From a virus (taxonomy: Duplodnaviria; Caudoviricetes), in IMG/VR virus record IMGVR_UViG_3300037486_000437, positions 1 to 54,324 of that record: 54,324 nt of DNA. The stretch is one strand, 5' to 3'. Below, in pieces: positions 10,608 through 22,377 of the stretch (position 1 is the first letter of the stretch; each line of letters opens with the position of its first letter). Below the pieces are notes generated by a model that saw only the letters and a program-made list of their open reading frames with translations, was not told the origin of the DNA and did not search any database. Made by a program: the position numbers and the translations under genes.

Positions 10608-11762
10608 CTATTCCAGCCAGCCCCGCAACGCCACCGACGCCGCCCCGGCATAGGTGGCCAGCGCCGACACTTTGATGTCCGTTTTCTGCGTCAGCTTCGT
10701 CGGTACGTCGAGTTCGACCATCTGGCTGCTATTCGAGCAAATGATCTCAGTGAACGGGTAGAAGATGTTCCCCGTGTTGAAGCCTGTCGCCGCTTCCATG
10801 TTGGCCCGCGTGTAGAGGCGGCAGTAGTGCGTAGAGTTGGTCTTGTAGCCATACGCTACCGCAAACTGCACCACATACAGCGTCTTGCCCGCCGGCACGG
10901 TGTAGGCCGCATTGCGCGCCCTGGTGAAGCCGGCTGAAATGTAGGAGTAGGTTACCGTCGGCGTCGTATCTGTCAGCGTTAGATTGCCGGTGGGCTTATT
11001 GCCGCTGCCCGTCGCAATCACCCGAAACGACTGGATGCGGTAGAGATCGCTCAGCGCCGTGCCCGCGGCGTTTTCGGTGTTGACACCCGTGTTGCCGTTC
11101 AGCACTACGAGGATGCTTTTGGTAGCATAGGCGCTGGTCAGATACTCAATTTTTACGGCGTGGGCGCCACTGTATTCCGATTTGTCGATGATGGTGTAGG
11201 CACGTCCCGCCGCGTTCTGATAGGGCGCGCCGCCCGCCGAGAAACCACCCGCCACCCCCAGCGTGCCCGTGGCTGCGTCCGCAATACTCGTGACATAGCC
11301 CCATTCGGGTGTCGTGCCTTTCGGATCGAGCAGGATGCAATCGCCTACTGCTACCGCCGTACCGCCGCCAAAATTCACATCGGCATCGTACAGGCTAATG
11401 GCCGTGCTGCCAGCATCCGCGATGATCGTCTGGTCAGCGCCCTCGACGTTGCCGAAGATCACCGTGCCGATGTCGCGTGTCGCATTGGCCGTGGCATAGC
11501 TCGACTTGACTTGCATCGCCATCGCTGCTGCCGGGAAGGCATAGACGCCCGTCGCGCTCCACAGATCGGCCTCCGTATCGGCCACCAGCGCGCCGTTGAA
11601 GCCGATCTTGCTCCACGCCGTATGCCCGCTGACGTTGCCCTCAGCAATGTCGTGCAGATACGACATGGCCGAGACGCGCGGCTTGTTGTTGACGTGCTTG
11701 ACGCCATACGGCACACCTAGCTCGTCAACGAAGCCACCGTAGTTGCGCGCTGCCCAGGTCAT
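10608..11762 (-). CDS. Putative structural protein
   Basis: ATG 11762; beta-rich, 'YTVPAGKTLYV' motif; late operon. Confidence 0.6.
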   Translation of the reverse strand: MTWAARNYGGFVDELGVPYGVKHVNNKPRVSAMSYLHDIAEGNVSGHTAWSKIGFNGALVADTEADLWSATGVYAFPAAAMAMQVKSSYATANATRDIGTVIFGNVEGADQTIIADAGSTAISLYDADVNFGGGTAVAVGDCILLDPKGTTPEWGYVTSIADAATGTLGVAGGFSAGGAPYQNAAGRAYTIIDKSEYSGAHAVKIEYLTSAYATKSILVVLNGNTGVNTENAAGTALSDLYRIQSFRVIATGSGNKPTGNLTLTDTTPTVTYSYISAGFTRARNAAYTVPAGKTLYVVQFAVAYGYKTNSTHYCRLYTRANMEAATGFNTGNIFYPFTEIICSNSSQMVELDVPTKLTQKTDIKVSALATYAGAASVALRGWLE

Positions 11763-11770
11763 TTTGCCCC

Positions 11771-12496
11771 CTATGCGCCGAAGCCGGAGCCGTCGCCAAT
11801 CGTCACCGCGCCCGTCGCATCCAGCGGCCACCACACGCAATGGAAGACCAGGCTGCCGCCCGTCAACGCCTCGCCGGCGACCTCATAGCCCACGTCAAGC
11901 CCGTTCGGCACGACATAATCCATGACCGTATTGGCGAACGTATCCGGCCCGCTCACCGGCGAGCTATCGAACCACAACTGCCCCGCCGTCAACGTCTGCG
12001 CGTTCTTGCCGGCGGCATCCGTGGTCGCAATGAAAGCGGCGTTGCTGCCCTCATAGCCGAAGGAGAGCGTCGCCAGGTCGACCGCATCTTGCAGCGTGCC
12101 CGTGCAGGTGATCCACATGCACAGCCGCACTGTGCCCGTGACGACGAACACCCGATGCGCCGCTACCGTATTCCAGGCTGGCAGCGTCATGTTGGCCGGG
12201 GTGGCGATGTAGCGTTGATGCCCCGTCGAGAGATCCTCGGCTAAGTTCTGGGTGTAGCGCAGCGCCTCCGCCAGGCTTACCCCGTTGCCCGCCGCCGCGC
12301 CCGTCGTCCACGTCACGATGCCATTGGCGCCGTACAGCGCATCGAGCAGAGTGGTGATGCTGCTTTGCAACGCCACGGCCCCGGCGCTCAGGTTGTCCAG
12401 ATAGCCGGCCCGCGCGGCCGTCAGTCGGGTCTCCAGATCGTCTACATTGGCATTCAGCGCCAGCGCGCTGGTAACCGCAGGATTGGTCAGCGGCAT
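11771..12496 (-). CDS. Putative structural (fibre/decoration-like) protein
   Basis: 'RLTAARAGYLDNL' coiled segment plus a beta-sandwich C-terminus. Confidence 0.55.
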   Translation of the reverse strand: MPLTNPAVTSALALNANVDDLETRLTAARAGYLDNLSAGAVALQSSITTLLDALYGANGIVTWTTGAAAGNGVSLAEALRYTQNLAEDLSTGHQRYIATPANMTLPAWNTVAAHRVFVVTGTVRLCMWITCTGTLQDAVDLATLSFGYEGSNAAFIATTDAAGKNAQTLTAGQLWFDSSPVSGPDTFANTVMDYVVPNGLDVGYEVAGEALTGGSLVFHCVWWPLDATGAVTIGDGSGFGA

Positions 12497-12497
12497 G

Positions 12498-12800
12498 TCA
12501 CACCCCCACCGTCACCAGCAGCTTCTTGCCGCCCGACGTACTGATACCCACCACCGCCGCCTGCGCAATGTTGCCCTGGCGCACGCTCATCTCGTAGCTG
12601 CCACCAGCCGCATTCAGCCGGATGCCGTCATTCAGCGCCGCCGCCGTGCCGTCGGCGCTCAAATACAGCGTCTCGTCGGAGTCGTTGATGAACAGCGCAT
12701 ACTGGCGCAACTCACTCGCCGCCAGCACCGCCGTCGAGGTGTTGCCCACCGTCACCGCCGTGTGCGCCAGCGTCAGCGCATCAGGAACCATCGTGCTCAT
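12498..12800 (-). CDS. Small beta-sandwich virion protein
   Basis: 'R.YALFINDSDETLYL...GIRLNAAGGS'; GGAGG RBS. Confidence 0.6.
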   Translation of the reverse strand: MSTMVPDALTLAHTAVTVGNTSTAVLAASELRQYALFINDSDETLYLSADGTAAALNDGIRLNAAGGSYEMSVRQGNIAQAAVVGISTSGGKKLLVTVGV

Positions 12801-12827
12801 ATGCTCCGCCTCCTCTGCCCCCAACTG

Positions 12828-13064
12828 CTATGCCGTCCGCTGGATGTACAGGTTGCTGCTCCAGCCCGCCGGCTCGCTTTTGCGTGCGAAACTCGTCACC
12901 AGATACCAACCGCCGTAGGCCGCCCACAGGATCAGCGGCTCATTAGCCTGCCATAACGCCACCGCCGCCGCCTGGATCTCCGGCTCAGCCCTGGCATACA
13001 GCGCCGTCGTCGTGACGCCGTGCCCCAGCCCCTCGCCCGTCCAGCCAGCCAATGGCTCGCTCAT
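12828..13064 (-). CDS. Hypothetical protein
   Basis: ATGA coupling to the upstream gene. Confidence 0.5.
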   Translation of the reverse strand: MSEPLAGWTGEGLGHGVTTTALYARAEPEIQAAAVALWQANEPLILWAAYGGWYLVTSFARKSEPAGWSSNLYIQRTA

Positions 13065-13717
13065 CGGTACTCGATATCACACCGGCACGCCCCCCCGCAG
13101 GCCGTGTCACCCGCGCCCGGCACCGTGCCCAGGCTGCCGATCGGCACCCAGTTGCGCTTGCCCAGCACCGCGCAATCGTGACATTCGCGCTGGTCGCCGG
13201 AATCGTTCCAATGCTCCAGCGTGTACTCGCCGCTCGCCTTTTTGAGCAGCGCATCCTCCGCCCAGAAGCGGGAATACGCCTTGCCCACATACTGCGCCGC
13301 CCTGGCCCGCGCCTCCGCCGGCGATAACTTGCCATCGGCAATCTCTTGCGCGAAGCCGGCGAGGAACGCATACTCGCCGCGCAGGATCTGGCCGTTGCGG
13401 CCCCAGCTCGCCGGGTCCATCTGACGCCAGCCACCCCGGGCCAATGCGCTGCTCCCGTTGTACAGGTTCTTCAGATCCGTCATCATGGCCCGCTGGAACT
13501 CCGCCGCCGTGATGCGCCCCTCGACGGCATCTGCTGCCAGATCGCCCAGCCGCCGCGCCGTGCCGTCGTGGATCGCTCGCAAGTCGTCGACAATGCGCTG
13601 CCGGCTCACCAGTTTACCCAGCGCCCCCGTGGGCGTGACCTCCCGATAGCGCCCGCCGCCCCGCATCCGTTTGTCCCACACGTAGCCGGGCAGGGCTGGC
13701 GCAAGTGGGCTAGGCAT
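13061..13717 (-). CDS. Minor head / head morphogenesis protein (MuF-like)
   Basis: C-terminal 'ECHDC...PG..T.CGGACRC'; follows the portal. Confidence 0.7.
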   Translation of the reverse strand: MPSPLAPALPGYVWDKRMRGGGRYREVTPTGALGKLVSRQRIVDDLRAIHDGTARRLGDLAADAVEGRITAAEFQRAMMTDLKNLYNGSSALARGGWRQMDPASWGRNGQILRGEYAFLAGFAQEIADGKLSPAEARARAAQYVGKAYSRFWAEDALLKKASGEYTLEHWNDSGDQRECHDCAVLGKRNWVPIGSLGTVPGAGDTACGGACRCDIEYR

Positions 13718-13986
13718 CGGCCTGACCCCTGACTCCTGACCCCTGATCCCTGTCCCGCTCGATCACTCTGGCATCGAGGATCCGCCGCATTGCCGTCGGC
13801 ACATCCGGCGACCAATACCACCACAGGCGCGCCGCCTCCTCATCGCCGGGTTGCGGATCAGCCAGCCAGCCGGCCTCCGCCGCCGGGATGATGCGCTGCT
13901 CGTCCCGCTCGCAGTCGGCCACAATGCGCTCCGCCACCGAAGGCTGGAAGCCCCGCAGAATCAACTGCGCAATGCGCGCCTCCCGC

Positions 13987-14000
<14 letters not shown>
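13710..14000 (-). CDS. Hypothetical protein
   Basis: GGAGG RBS; overlaps the portal stop. Confidence 0.55.
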
Positions 14001-15686
<1,686 letters not shown>

Positions 15687-15690
<4 letters not shown>

Positions 15691-17375
15691 CGCCGCCCCC
15701 ACACGCCCGCCCGCTGCTCGTGCGCCAGGCTGGCCACCGTGCAATAATTCTCAGCGTGCGCCAGGTGATCGGCGCTCGCCTCCACGTAAGCCGCCACCTG
15801 CACGCCGCCCGGCCCTGCTTCGATCACCCGCACCGGCGCCTGCAAATGGCTGTAGTAGTCGCGCAGGTCGCGCGCATCGGCCGGCAGCGTGTTGCTGCCA
15901 TCGCTGAAGCGGCTGTAGGTCAGATCGAGCGTGCGCGTGCGATCCAGGTTCACGACCCCGTTCGCATCATCCCACGTCGCCGGCTCGCTCTTCTTCGTGC
16001 CGAGCGCCTGATTGACGTAGTACGCCAGCCAGACCTGGCCCTTGGGCAATGTGGCCTGAAACTCACGTGCCTTGGTCGTCTCCGGCAGCGCATCAATCAC
16101 CGTGCGCCCCACGTTGCAGCGCACCAACAGCCGGCCCAGCTCATCCCAGGTATCCACCAGCCCGGCCCAGATCTGGCGCAGCTCGCCGCGCGCATCCGCC
16201 GGCGCCCGCACCACCACGTGCAGCACCCGGCCCACATCCACGCCGGCCACCGCCTTCACGCCGGCCAGCGGCCCATGCGCATACTCCCGGCGGCAGGCGT
16301 CCAGCACCTCGGCCGTCAACTGCCCGCCCTTCGGCGTGTAAGGCTCGCCAAGATCCTGGTTATACGCCTCCCGGCGTTTGGTCTCGTCGGTGGTGGCCAG
16401 CGCCTCAACCAGGTCGCGCACCTGCGCCGTCGGGCTGAACAGCTTCGTCAGGTGGAAGCCGGCAATCGCCCGCTCCGGGTAGGTCGCCACCCACTCGCCC
16501 GGCCCCAACCGCTCCAGCGCACGCTCGCACTGGCGACACGCCGCCCACGCCTCAGCCGGCCCGCCGTGCCAGCGCACCGGCCGCCCCAGCGCATCCCACT
16601 CCAGCACCACATTCTGGATGCTGAGCGGCTGCCGCTCACTGCAGTGCGTACAGCGCACGTGCCACGCGCGCTGGTCGCTCTCCTGCCACGCCGCATGGAT
16701 GCCCTGATTGGTGTACGTCGGCGTACTGATGCGGCGCTCCTGCGCCAGCCGGCTGTGCCCCAGGCGCTTGACCGCGATGCTGGGCGCGCGGGGGTCCATC
16801 TCATCGACCTCGTCGAGGATCAGCACGTCGGCGTCGATGCTCTTGAGTTGCGGCGCCATGCCCGTCGGCGAGATCTGCGCCCCCCGCAAATACAGGAAGC
16901 GGTTACGCACCCGCTTGAGCGTCACCCGATCCGCCCCCCGTTTACCGTCCACGCCGCGCGCATCCACCACGATGCCGGCCAAGTAGGGACTCGCTTCGAT
17001 GGCCGGCCCGATGCGCGCCGAGGAGAAGTCCGAGACGTGGGTGTCGGTGGGGAAGACGTAGAGCACCGTCGCCGCCAGCATATCGGCCGCGTGCAGCGCG
17101 TAGCTCACGGCGTACTCGCTGGCCCCCATCTGGCTGGCCTTGTAGACCACCAGGCGCTGCGCTGTGCAGCGGTAGATGCCCTCCAGGAACGGATGCCGCG
17201 CAAAATCCAGCGGCATTTCCGGTTTCAGGAAGGCCCGGTAGCGTTGCGTCCAGGCGAGCAGATCGAGGCTGCGGGCGGTGCGTGGCGCGCCTGTGCGCGC
17301 AAAGTGGAAGGGCCCGGTTTCCACCAGTGCCCACTTGCGCAAGCCTGCGCCTGTCGTCGCCGTCGCACTATGCAT
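15687..17375 (-). CDS. terL: Terminase large subunit (lambda GpA-like)
   Basis: KASQMGASE Walker A, LILDEVD Walker B, ISTPT, CxxC..CxxC, AGVDVG nuclease motif. Confidence 0.92.
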
Positions 17376-17778
17376 GATCTTCCGGTCCCGGATCCGGCGG
17401 CGCTGTCGCTTCCAGCAGCCGGATCGTCTTATCCGCCAACACGCCGTGCAGCACGGCCGCCTCGCTGGCCGGCTGTTTCTTCAGCCAGTCTTTGTCGCCG
17501 AAGACCTCGACCTGCGTCTTCAGCGTGCGCAGCGCCGCCTGCAGGTACTGCATCAGCAGCGCCCCGACTTCGGCGTGTTCCGCCGTATCTGCCGCAGCCC
17601 TTTTTGCGTCGCGTGGGGTCGCGACGGTCGCGACCTCTGGCGACCGCTTCTTCCACGACGAAACGGTGCCCTTGGGCAGGTGATACTCGCGCGCCACCGA
17701 CGAGACTGACTGCCCCGTCAGCAGGGCCGCCATCACGGCCGCCTTCATCTCCGCGCTATACCCGCCGTCTTTCGCCAT
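17368..17778 (-). CDS. terS: Terminase small subunit (HTH)
   Basis: N-terminal HTH 'SVSSVAREYHLPKGTVSSW'; overlaps the TerL start. Confidence 0.75.
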   Translation of the reverse strand: MAKDGGYSAEMKAAVMAALLTGQSVSSVAREYHLPKGTVSSWKKRSPEVATVATPRDAKRAAADTAEHAEVGALLMQYLQAALRTLKTQVEVFGDKDWLKKQPASEAAVLHGVLADKTIRLLEATAPPDPGPEDHA

Positions 17779-17804
17779 GTCAGCAAGCCTCTGCTCCCCC
17801 CCAT

Positions 17805-18590
17805 CTACCCATGAAACTCCAAGAACTCCGCCACCTCAGCCGGCAGCCGGGCCCGGCAATCGCGATACGCTTCCCGCGGCGTCACGCCGCAGCCGATGCC
17901 CAGCCAGAAGATCTTCGCCGCCAGCGCCGCATAATCGTGGCGGATCGGCTCCCGGAACGTCACCACCGCGGGCACGACGCCCAGCAGATCCCCCACCAGA
18001 TCGCTGTCGCAGCCGGCGATCATCGCCACCTGCACCCCGTTCATCACGCCGGAAAGCTGCTCGCCGGTGATCGGGCCATCCTCGAAGAGCACCGCCGGCG
18101 TCCCCTCGGCGCTGGCGTGCACGCTGAAATGTAAACACTGGATCGGCCGGCGGTCCGCGCGGTAGCGATTCATAATCGCCGCGAAACGGGTGAACTTCGC
18201 CGGCAGGCAGCGCGTAACCAGCAGCCCGCACTCGTTCTCCACCTCGCGCAACGCCGCCAGGTCCGCCCGCAGCTCCGGGTCACTGCCCACCACCGCCAGC
18301 AGCACCCGCTCCGGCCCGGCCTTCTCCTCGCGCCTAGTAACCGTCGCCTCCAGGAAGCGGATGCGCTCCACGGCCACCGCCAGCTGCTGCTGCAGCGCCG
18401 TGATCTCGTTGGCGTCGCGCACGTGGTCGGCCATCAGCCGATCCACGATCGCCTCCAGCTCCTTGATGCGCTGCACCGTGTTGGAATCCTTCTGCGGCAG
18501 CCGGCCGGTCACCGCCATAAACGCCACCAGGGTGATCAGCGCAAACGCCATCAGCAGCGAGCCGGTGTTCAGCAGGCTGCTCTCAATCAT
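17805..18590 (-). CDS. Membrane-anchored coiled-coil protein with CHAT/caspase-like domain
   Basis: TM helix, coiled coil, 'LHFSVHA...VLFEDG...AMIAGCDS'. Confidence 0.6.
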   Translation of the reverse strand: MIESSLLNTGSLLMAFALITLVAFMAVTGRLPQKDSNTVQRIKELEAIVDRLMADHVRDANEITALQQQLAVAVERIRFLEATVTRREEKAGPERVLLAVVGSDPELRADLAALREVENECGLLVTRCLPAKFTRFAAIMNRYRADRRPIQCLHFSVHASAEGTPAVLFEDGPITGEQLSGVMNGVQVAMIAGCDSDLVGDLLGVVPAVVTFREPIRHDYAALAAKIFWLGIGCGVTPREAYRDCRARLPAEVAEFLEFHG

Positions 18591-18987
18591 GGCGGGTAAA
18601 GGTCTCGCCCAGCAACCCATAGGCCAGCCAGGCCTCCAACAATGCCGTCACGCCCCACGCCCCCACATCCCAGGCCATACCCGCCAACAACAGCGCACTC
18701 AGGGCCGCCACCAACCGGCCCCCCAGGTGCAACCGCCGGCGCAGCGTGGCCGCCAGCGCCAGCCCCAGCAGCAACAGCAGCCAGCCATATTGCTCGGCGC
18801 TCAACGCCGTCGCCAGCAGCGCCGAGCGATACAGCCCCAGCCGGCCCAGCGCCATGATCAGCATGACGCCGGCCAGCACCTTGCGTGCGCCGCTGCCGTC
18901 AGGCGGCTGCACCACCCGCCACAACCAGTGGCCCCCGCGTTGGATCTGTTGCATCACCTGCTCCCGCGCACGGCGGCCGCCCGCCAC
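18583..18987 (-). CDS. Multi-TM membrane protein (holin-like?)
   Basis: About four hydrophobic segments; first gene after the late terminator; start may be 18954. Confidence 0.55.
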   Translation of the reverse strand: MAGGRRAREQVMQQIQRGGHWLWRVVQPPDGSGARKVLAGVMLIMALGRLGLYRSALLATALSAEQYGWLLLLLGLALAATLRRRLHLGGRLVAALSALLLAGMAWDVGAWGVTALLEAWLAYGLLGETFTRHD

Positions 18988-18992
18988 CCAAC

Positions 18993-19033
18993 AAAAAAGC
19001 GCAGCCGCCCCTCGTGAGAGGAACGACCGCGCT
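18993..19033 (-). terminator. Intrinsic terminator in the late leader
   Basis: Minus strand AGCGCGGTCGTTCCTC-TCAC-GAGGGGCGGCTGCGCT followed by a U tract. Confidence 0.75.
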
Positions 19034-19114
19034 GCTTACGCTGACGGTCTGGGCGCCAGCCCCCGACCCTACCGGAGGCGCACGCCACTTGCTATATGCT
19101 GCTATTACAACTTG

Positions 19115-19143
19115 ATTATGTACATCATACCACAGCTTGTCAA
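19115..19143 (-). promoter_or_regulatory. Sigma70-type late promoter
   Basis: TTGACA-17 nt-CATAAT on the minus strand. Confidence 0.75.
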
Positions 19144-19373
19144 GCCCGCCTATTGGCGCGCGTCGTGAGACCCTCGAAGACCTCCAGCAGGCGGGGCGTG
19201 ATCTGCTCGCCGGCGAAACTCAGCACCACCTCGCCCTTGCCCGCCGCCTCGATCTGCGCCGCCTTTTGACATAACCACAGCACCATCGCCGCCGCCCGGC
19301 CCGTGACGTGGTACGTCTGACCGTCACTGCACACCACGTCCGCGCGCAGCGGTGGTGCCGGCAGGGGTTGCAT
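19140..19373 (-). CDS. Small hypothetical protein (possible late regulator)
   Basis: Last early gene; its stop overlaps the late -35. Confidence 0.5.
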   Translation of the reverse strand: MQPLPAPPLRADVVCSDGQTYHVTGRAAAMVLWLCQKAAQIEAAGKGEVVLSFAGEQITPRLLEVFEGLTTRANRRA

Positions 19374-19374
19374 C

Positions 19375-19578
19375 TCAATCCCCCGGCTGACCGGGGGACT
19401 GCCGCACGCGCGGCAGATACAGCCGGCCGGAGGCTGGCAGTATCGCCGGCGCGCCTGGTGCGTTTGCCTCGCTAGTGGCCTCCTCGTGAGGGGCGTCTAC
19501 AACGACACGGTTAGCAGCCGGCATTGGGGGCAGTGCCGGCTGCGTCGCGTTCCCGAGCCAACCCCAGCATATCCGCAT
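19375..19578 (-). CDS. Hypothetical protein
   Basis: AGGAGG RBS; ends near an 'LYLP' motif. Confidence 0.4.
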   Translation of the reverse strand: MRICWGWLGNATQPALPPMPAANRVVVDAPHEEATSEANAPGAPAILPASGRLYLPRVRQSPGQPGD

Positions 19579-19813
19579 CCGCTCCTCCTACTATTTCTCC
19601 CGCGTCCAGCTCGCGCACGATCGGCCAGCCGTGGCCCATATCGATGACGATCTCCTGCGTTAGCGTGGCCTGGCAGCCCAGCCGGCGCAACTCGGCCTCC
19701 AGGTTCCCGACGCGCTCCATCAGCACTGCCACCCGGTCCACCAGCTCGCAGTGCTCGGCGAGCAGGGCGTTATAGCCGTCCCGTTCGAGGCAATGCCGGT
19801 GTTGGTCGCTCAT
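19511..19813 (-). CDS. Hypothetical coiled-coil protein
   Basis: ATGA coupling; GGAG RBS. Confidence 0.5.
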   Translation of the reverse strand: MSDQHRHCLERDGYNALLAEHCELVDRVAVLMERVGNLEAELRRLGCQATLTQEIVIDMGHGWPIVRELDAGEIVGGADADMLGLARERDAAGTAPNAGC

Positions 19814-20262
19814 AGCAGCTCCTTCAGCCAACCCAGCCAGCCCGGCTCACGCGCCGCCGGCCGGCCCCGCCGGGCGTCCGATTGATCCGCCCACGCCGGC
19901 GGCGGCGCACTGACCACCAGCTCGCCGGCCGTGGCCCCCTTGAGCTTCGTCTTGCACCCCGGCTGCTGCCAGCACGCGCCGGCCGCCGCCAGGTCAAGAT
20001 ACCGCTGCGCCCACACCTGATTCTTGGGATTGAGCAGCGCGCCGATGCGCTGGTAGCCCAGCCGCAGCAACAGATACTCGCACCAGGCGGCATAGTCGTC
20101 GCTGACGCTGACCTCGATGCGCATGTACTGCCGGTCCACCTCGCGCACCGCCACGCGCAACCCCGCCCGCGCGGCGCCGTACGCGCCGAGTTGCTGCTCG
20201 ACCTTGGTCAGCCAGTCCCGCGCGGGCGAGCACAGCGGCGCCGCGACGACGGTGGTCTTCAT
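19810..20262 (-). CDS. Hypothetical protein
   Basis: ATGA coupling; GGAGGAGG RBS. Confidence 0.55.
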   Translation of the reverse strand: MKTTVVAAPLCSPARDWLTKVEQQLGAYGAARAGLRVAVREVDRQYMRIEVSVSDDYAAWCEYLLLRLGYQRIGALLNPKNQVWAQRYLDLAAAGACWQQPGCKTKLKGATAGELVVSAPPPAWADQSDARRGRPAAREPGWLGWLKELL

Positions 20263-20564
20263 AGTCGCCGTCCTCCTCCCGTGACGAAGCGCCAACCGAG
20301 AGCCGCCACGACGATGACTAGGCCGCTCGCCAGTAGCAGCAAGCCGATGGTCAGTGCTATGTCGCCGCCCGCGTCAGGGCGCGGATACACGCCCTGCTGA
20401 ATCGTCTGGTTGCCACTGTTGATCACAAAGAACCCGATAACGTGGCTTTCCTGGCGGGCTGTTTGCGTGATCGGCGGTGTTTTTACTTCGACGCCCCCAA
20501 AGAACAGCGGCGCCATAGCGAAGAACACCGCGACTGCCAATGCGATAAGTAGTGCGCGTTGCAT
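20259..20564 (-). CDS. Two-TM membrane protein
   Basis: N- and C-terminal hydrophobic helices. Confidence 0.55.
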   Translation of the reverse strand: MQRALLIALAVAVFFAMAPLFFGGVEVKTPPITQTARQESHVIGFFVINSGNQTIQQGVYPRPDAGGDIALTIGLLLLASGLVIVVAALGWRFVTGGGRRL

Positions 20565-20601
20565 GGTCAAGCTCCTCGCTGTGCGCGTTGCACCAGCACG
20601 A

Positions 20602-20871
20602 TCATGGTTGCCTCCGGGCTGGCAGTTGCAGCGGTTGTGGCTCGGCAACGACGTGCACGTACACGGTGGGTAGTCGGTGCAGCGTGGGGTCTGGCGGACG
20701 TTGTGCACGCTGCACCAACGCCACCAATAGGAGGCTGACGGGCACGCTGGCCGCCACGCCCACCGCCACGCCTAGCACAACCGCCATATCATCGACCGTC
20801 AACGTGTTACCAAGCAGCAGCGCCAGCGCGCAGCCGCAGCCGAAGCCAAATGCCATTATGCTGGTCTTCAT
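20602..20871 (-). CDS. Two-TM membrane protein
   Basis: MKTSIMAFG..., 'VLGVAVGVAASVPVSLLLV'; coupled to the ATPase gene. Confidence 0.55.
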   Translation of the reverse strand: MKTSIMAFGFGCGCALALLLGNTLTVDDMAVVLGVAVGVAASVPVSLLLVALVQRAQRPPDPTLHRLPTVYVHVVAEPQPLQLPARRQP

Positions 20872-22376
20872 GCCTGTACCTCCAGATATTGCCGGCGATG
20901 CTGCTGGCGTTGCGCCTCCCGCCGCGCCAACACCACCGCCTTTATGGCCTTCCAGTGCGCGCCGCCGTCCTCCTGATCCGGGAACATCAACTTCTGGACC
21001 GCCGTATAGTTCGGCTTCTCCAGACCGTCCCAGACCTCCCATACGCGCTGCTCGAACGCCTCATCGATGGCCAGCGTATAGTCCCTACTGCCTACTGGCC
21101 TACGCCCTACGCCGGCGGGGTCCCATACCCCCCCCTCAGCGTCAGTAGGCAGTAGGGGTAGGGCCGCAGACGCCGTTGCCCCATCCGGCTGATCAGCCGC
21201 CCCCAGCCCGTCCGCCTCGGCATCCGCCGCCAATTGCAGCGGCGCCTGATAGATGCTCGACAGCCTAACCTGCGGCACTTTGACCAGCGGGAACGTGCAC
21301 CACGCGCCGTGGCGCAAACTGTAAAAGCGCCCCTGGGGCGCGCCGTTGAGCTCGCGCCGCAGCGCCTCGTTCGTGATCGCAAACGCCGCCGCCACCCAAT
21401 CGTGCGAATTGCCGATCAACACATCGGCGTTATCGTTGAGCGTCTTGGGCATTATTTTGCGGTCGCCGGTCTGCGTCAGAAACACGCTCGCCACCAGCAT
21501 ATTGCGCCCATAATTGACGATCGCCTTGATCGCCGTCTCGAAGCGGCTGGCCATCGCCGCGTCCATCTCGTCAAACACGCTCTGCGCCTCATCCATCACA
21601 AACATCAACGGCCGCAAATCGGACGCCTGCGCATTCACGAATTTATGCTGGGCCAGATAGGCGTCCCGGCGCAGCAGCTCGGCGTGCACCGCTTCCGCCG
21701 CCGCCAGGATCCCATCCGTCGTGTTGGCGGACAGGATGCCCGGCCAGCGGTGCGCCACCAGCGAGCAGATCACAAACTCGGCGCCAGGTAGCTCCTGGCG
21801 CGCCACGCCCAGCAGCGCATGACCCAAATTCGTCTTGCCGCACCCGCTGCGCCCTACGATCAGCCGCACCGGGTAGTTGGCGAGATCCGGCTTCAGCACC
21901 TCATAGGGCACCAGCTCGACGTTGACGCTGGGCGCCGGGAGTTGTAGTGGGTCGTCTGGCGGCCGGGTCAGTTGCTTGTATGTCGCCGCCGGCAGCCGTT
22001 GCGGCCCCGAGACGCCCGCCTTGACCACATGCGCCTGGTGATTGCCCACCGGCGCATGCACCTTCACGCCGATCGTGCCGGGGAACACGCCGTCCCGGTC
22101 ATTGACCAGCAGCGGATGGCGGATGCTCAGCCCCGCGATGCCCAAGCTCACGCCGATGATGACGATCAGGCCCCCCACGCCGGCGCCCTGGATCCACAGC
22201 CGCTTAGTCTGCGTCCAATCAGGCGCCAGCGCCGCGCGCTCGGCGTCGTTGAGCTGCGCGCCGAACTCCCGGCTGCGCACGGCCGGCGGATCGAAGTGGT
22301 TGATCAGGATCACCACCAGCAAAACGCTCGCCACCCCGGCCACCACCAGCGCCACGATCCGCGTGCCTGTACCCAT
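20868..22376 (-). CDS. Membrane-anchored FtsK/HerA-like P-loop ATPase
   Basis: Two N-terminal TMs, GRSGCGKT Walker A, FVMDEAQ Walker B, 'GRN...FLTQ'. Confidence 0.75.
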   Translation of the reverse strand: MGTGTRIVALVVAGVASVLLVVILINHFDPPAVRSREFGAQLNDAERAALAPDWTQTKRLWIQGAGVGGLIVIIGVSLGIAGLSIRHPLLVNDRDGVFPGTIGVKVHAPVGNHQAHVVKAGVSGPQRLPAATYKQLTRPPDDPLQLPAPSVNVELVPYEVLKPDLANYPVRLIVGRSGCGKTNLGHALLGVARQELPGAEFVICSLVAHRWPGILSANTTDGILAAAEAVHAELLRRDAYLAQHKFVNAQASDLRPLMFVMDEAQSVFDEMDAAMASRFETAIKAIVNYGRNMLVASVFLTQTGDRKIMPKTLNDNADVLIGNSHDWVAAAFAITNEALRRELNGAPQGRFYSLRHGAWCTFPLVKVPQVRLSSIYQAPLQLAADAEADGLGAADQPDGATASAALPLLPTDAEGGVWDPAGVGRRPVGSRDYTLAIDEAFEQRVWEVWDGLEKPNYTAVQKLMFPDQEDGGAHWKAIKAVVLARREAQRQQHRRQYLEVQA

Positions 22377-22377
22377 C

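Noticed and set aside
15720-18134. Long plus-strand ORFs (804 aa here; also 1580-2872, 6629-8053, 40657-42504)
   Set aside because: Antisense shadows of clear minus-strand genes in high-GC DNA; no motifs.
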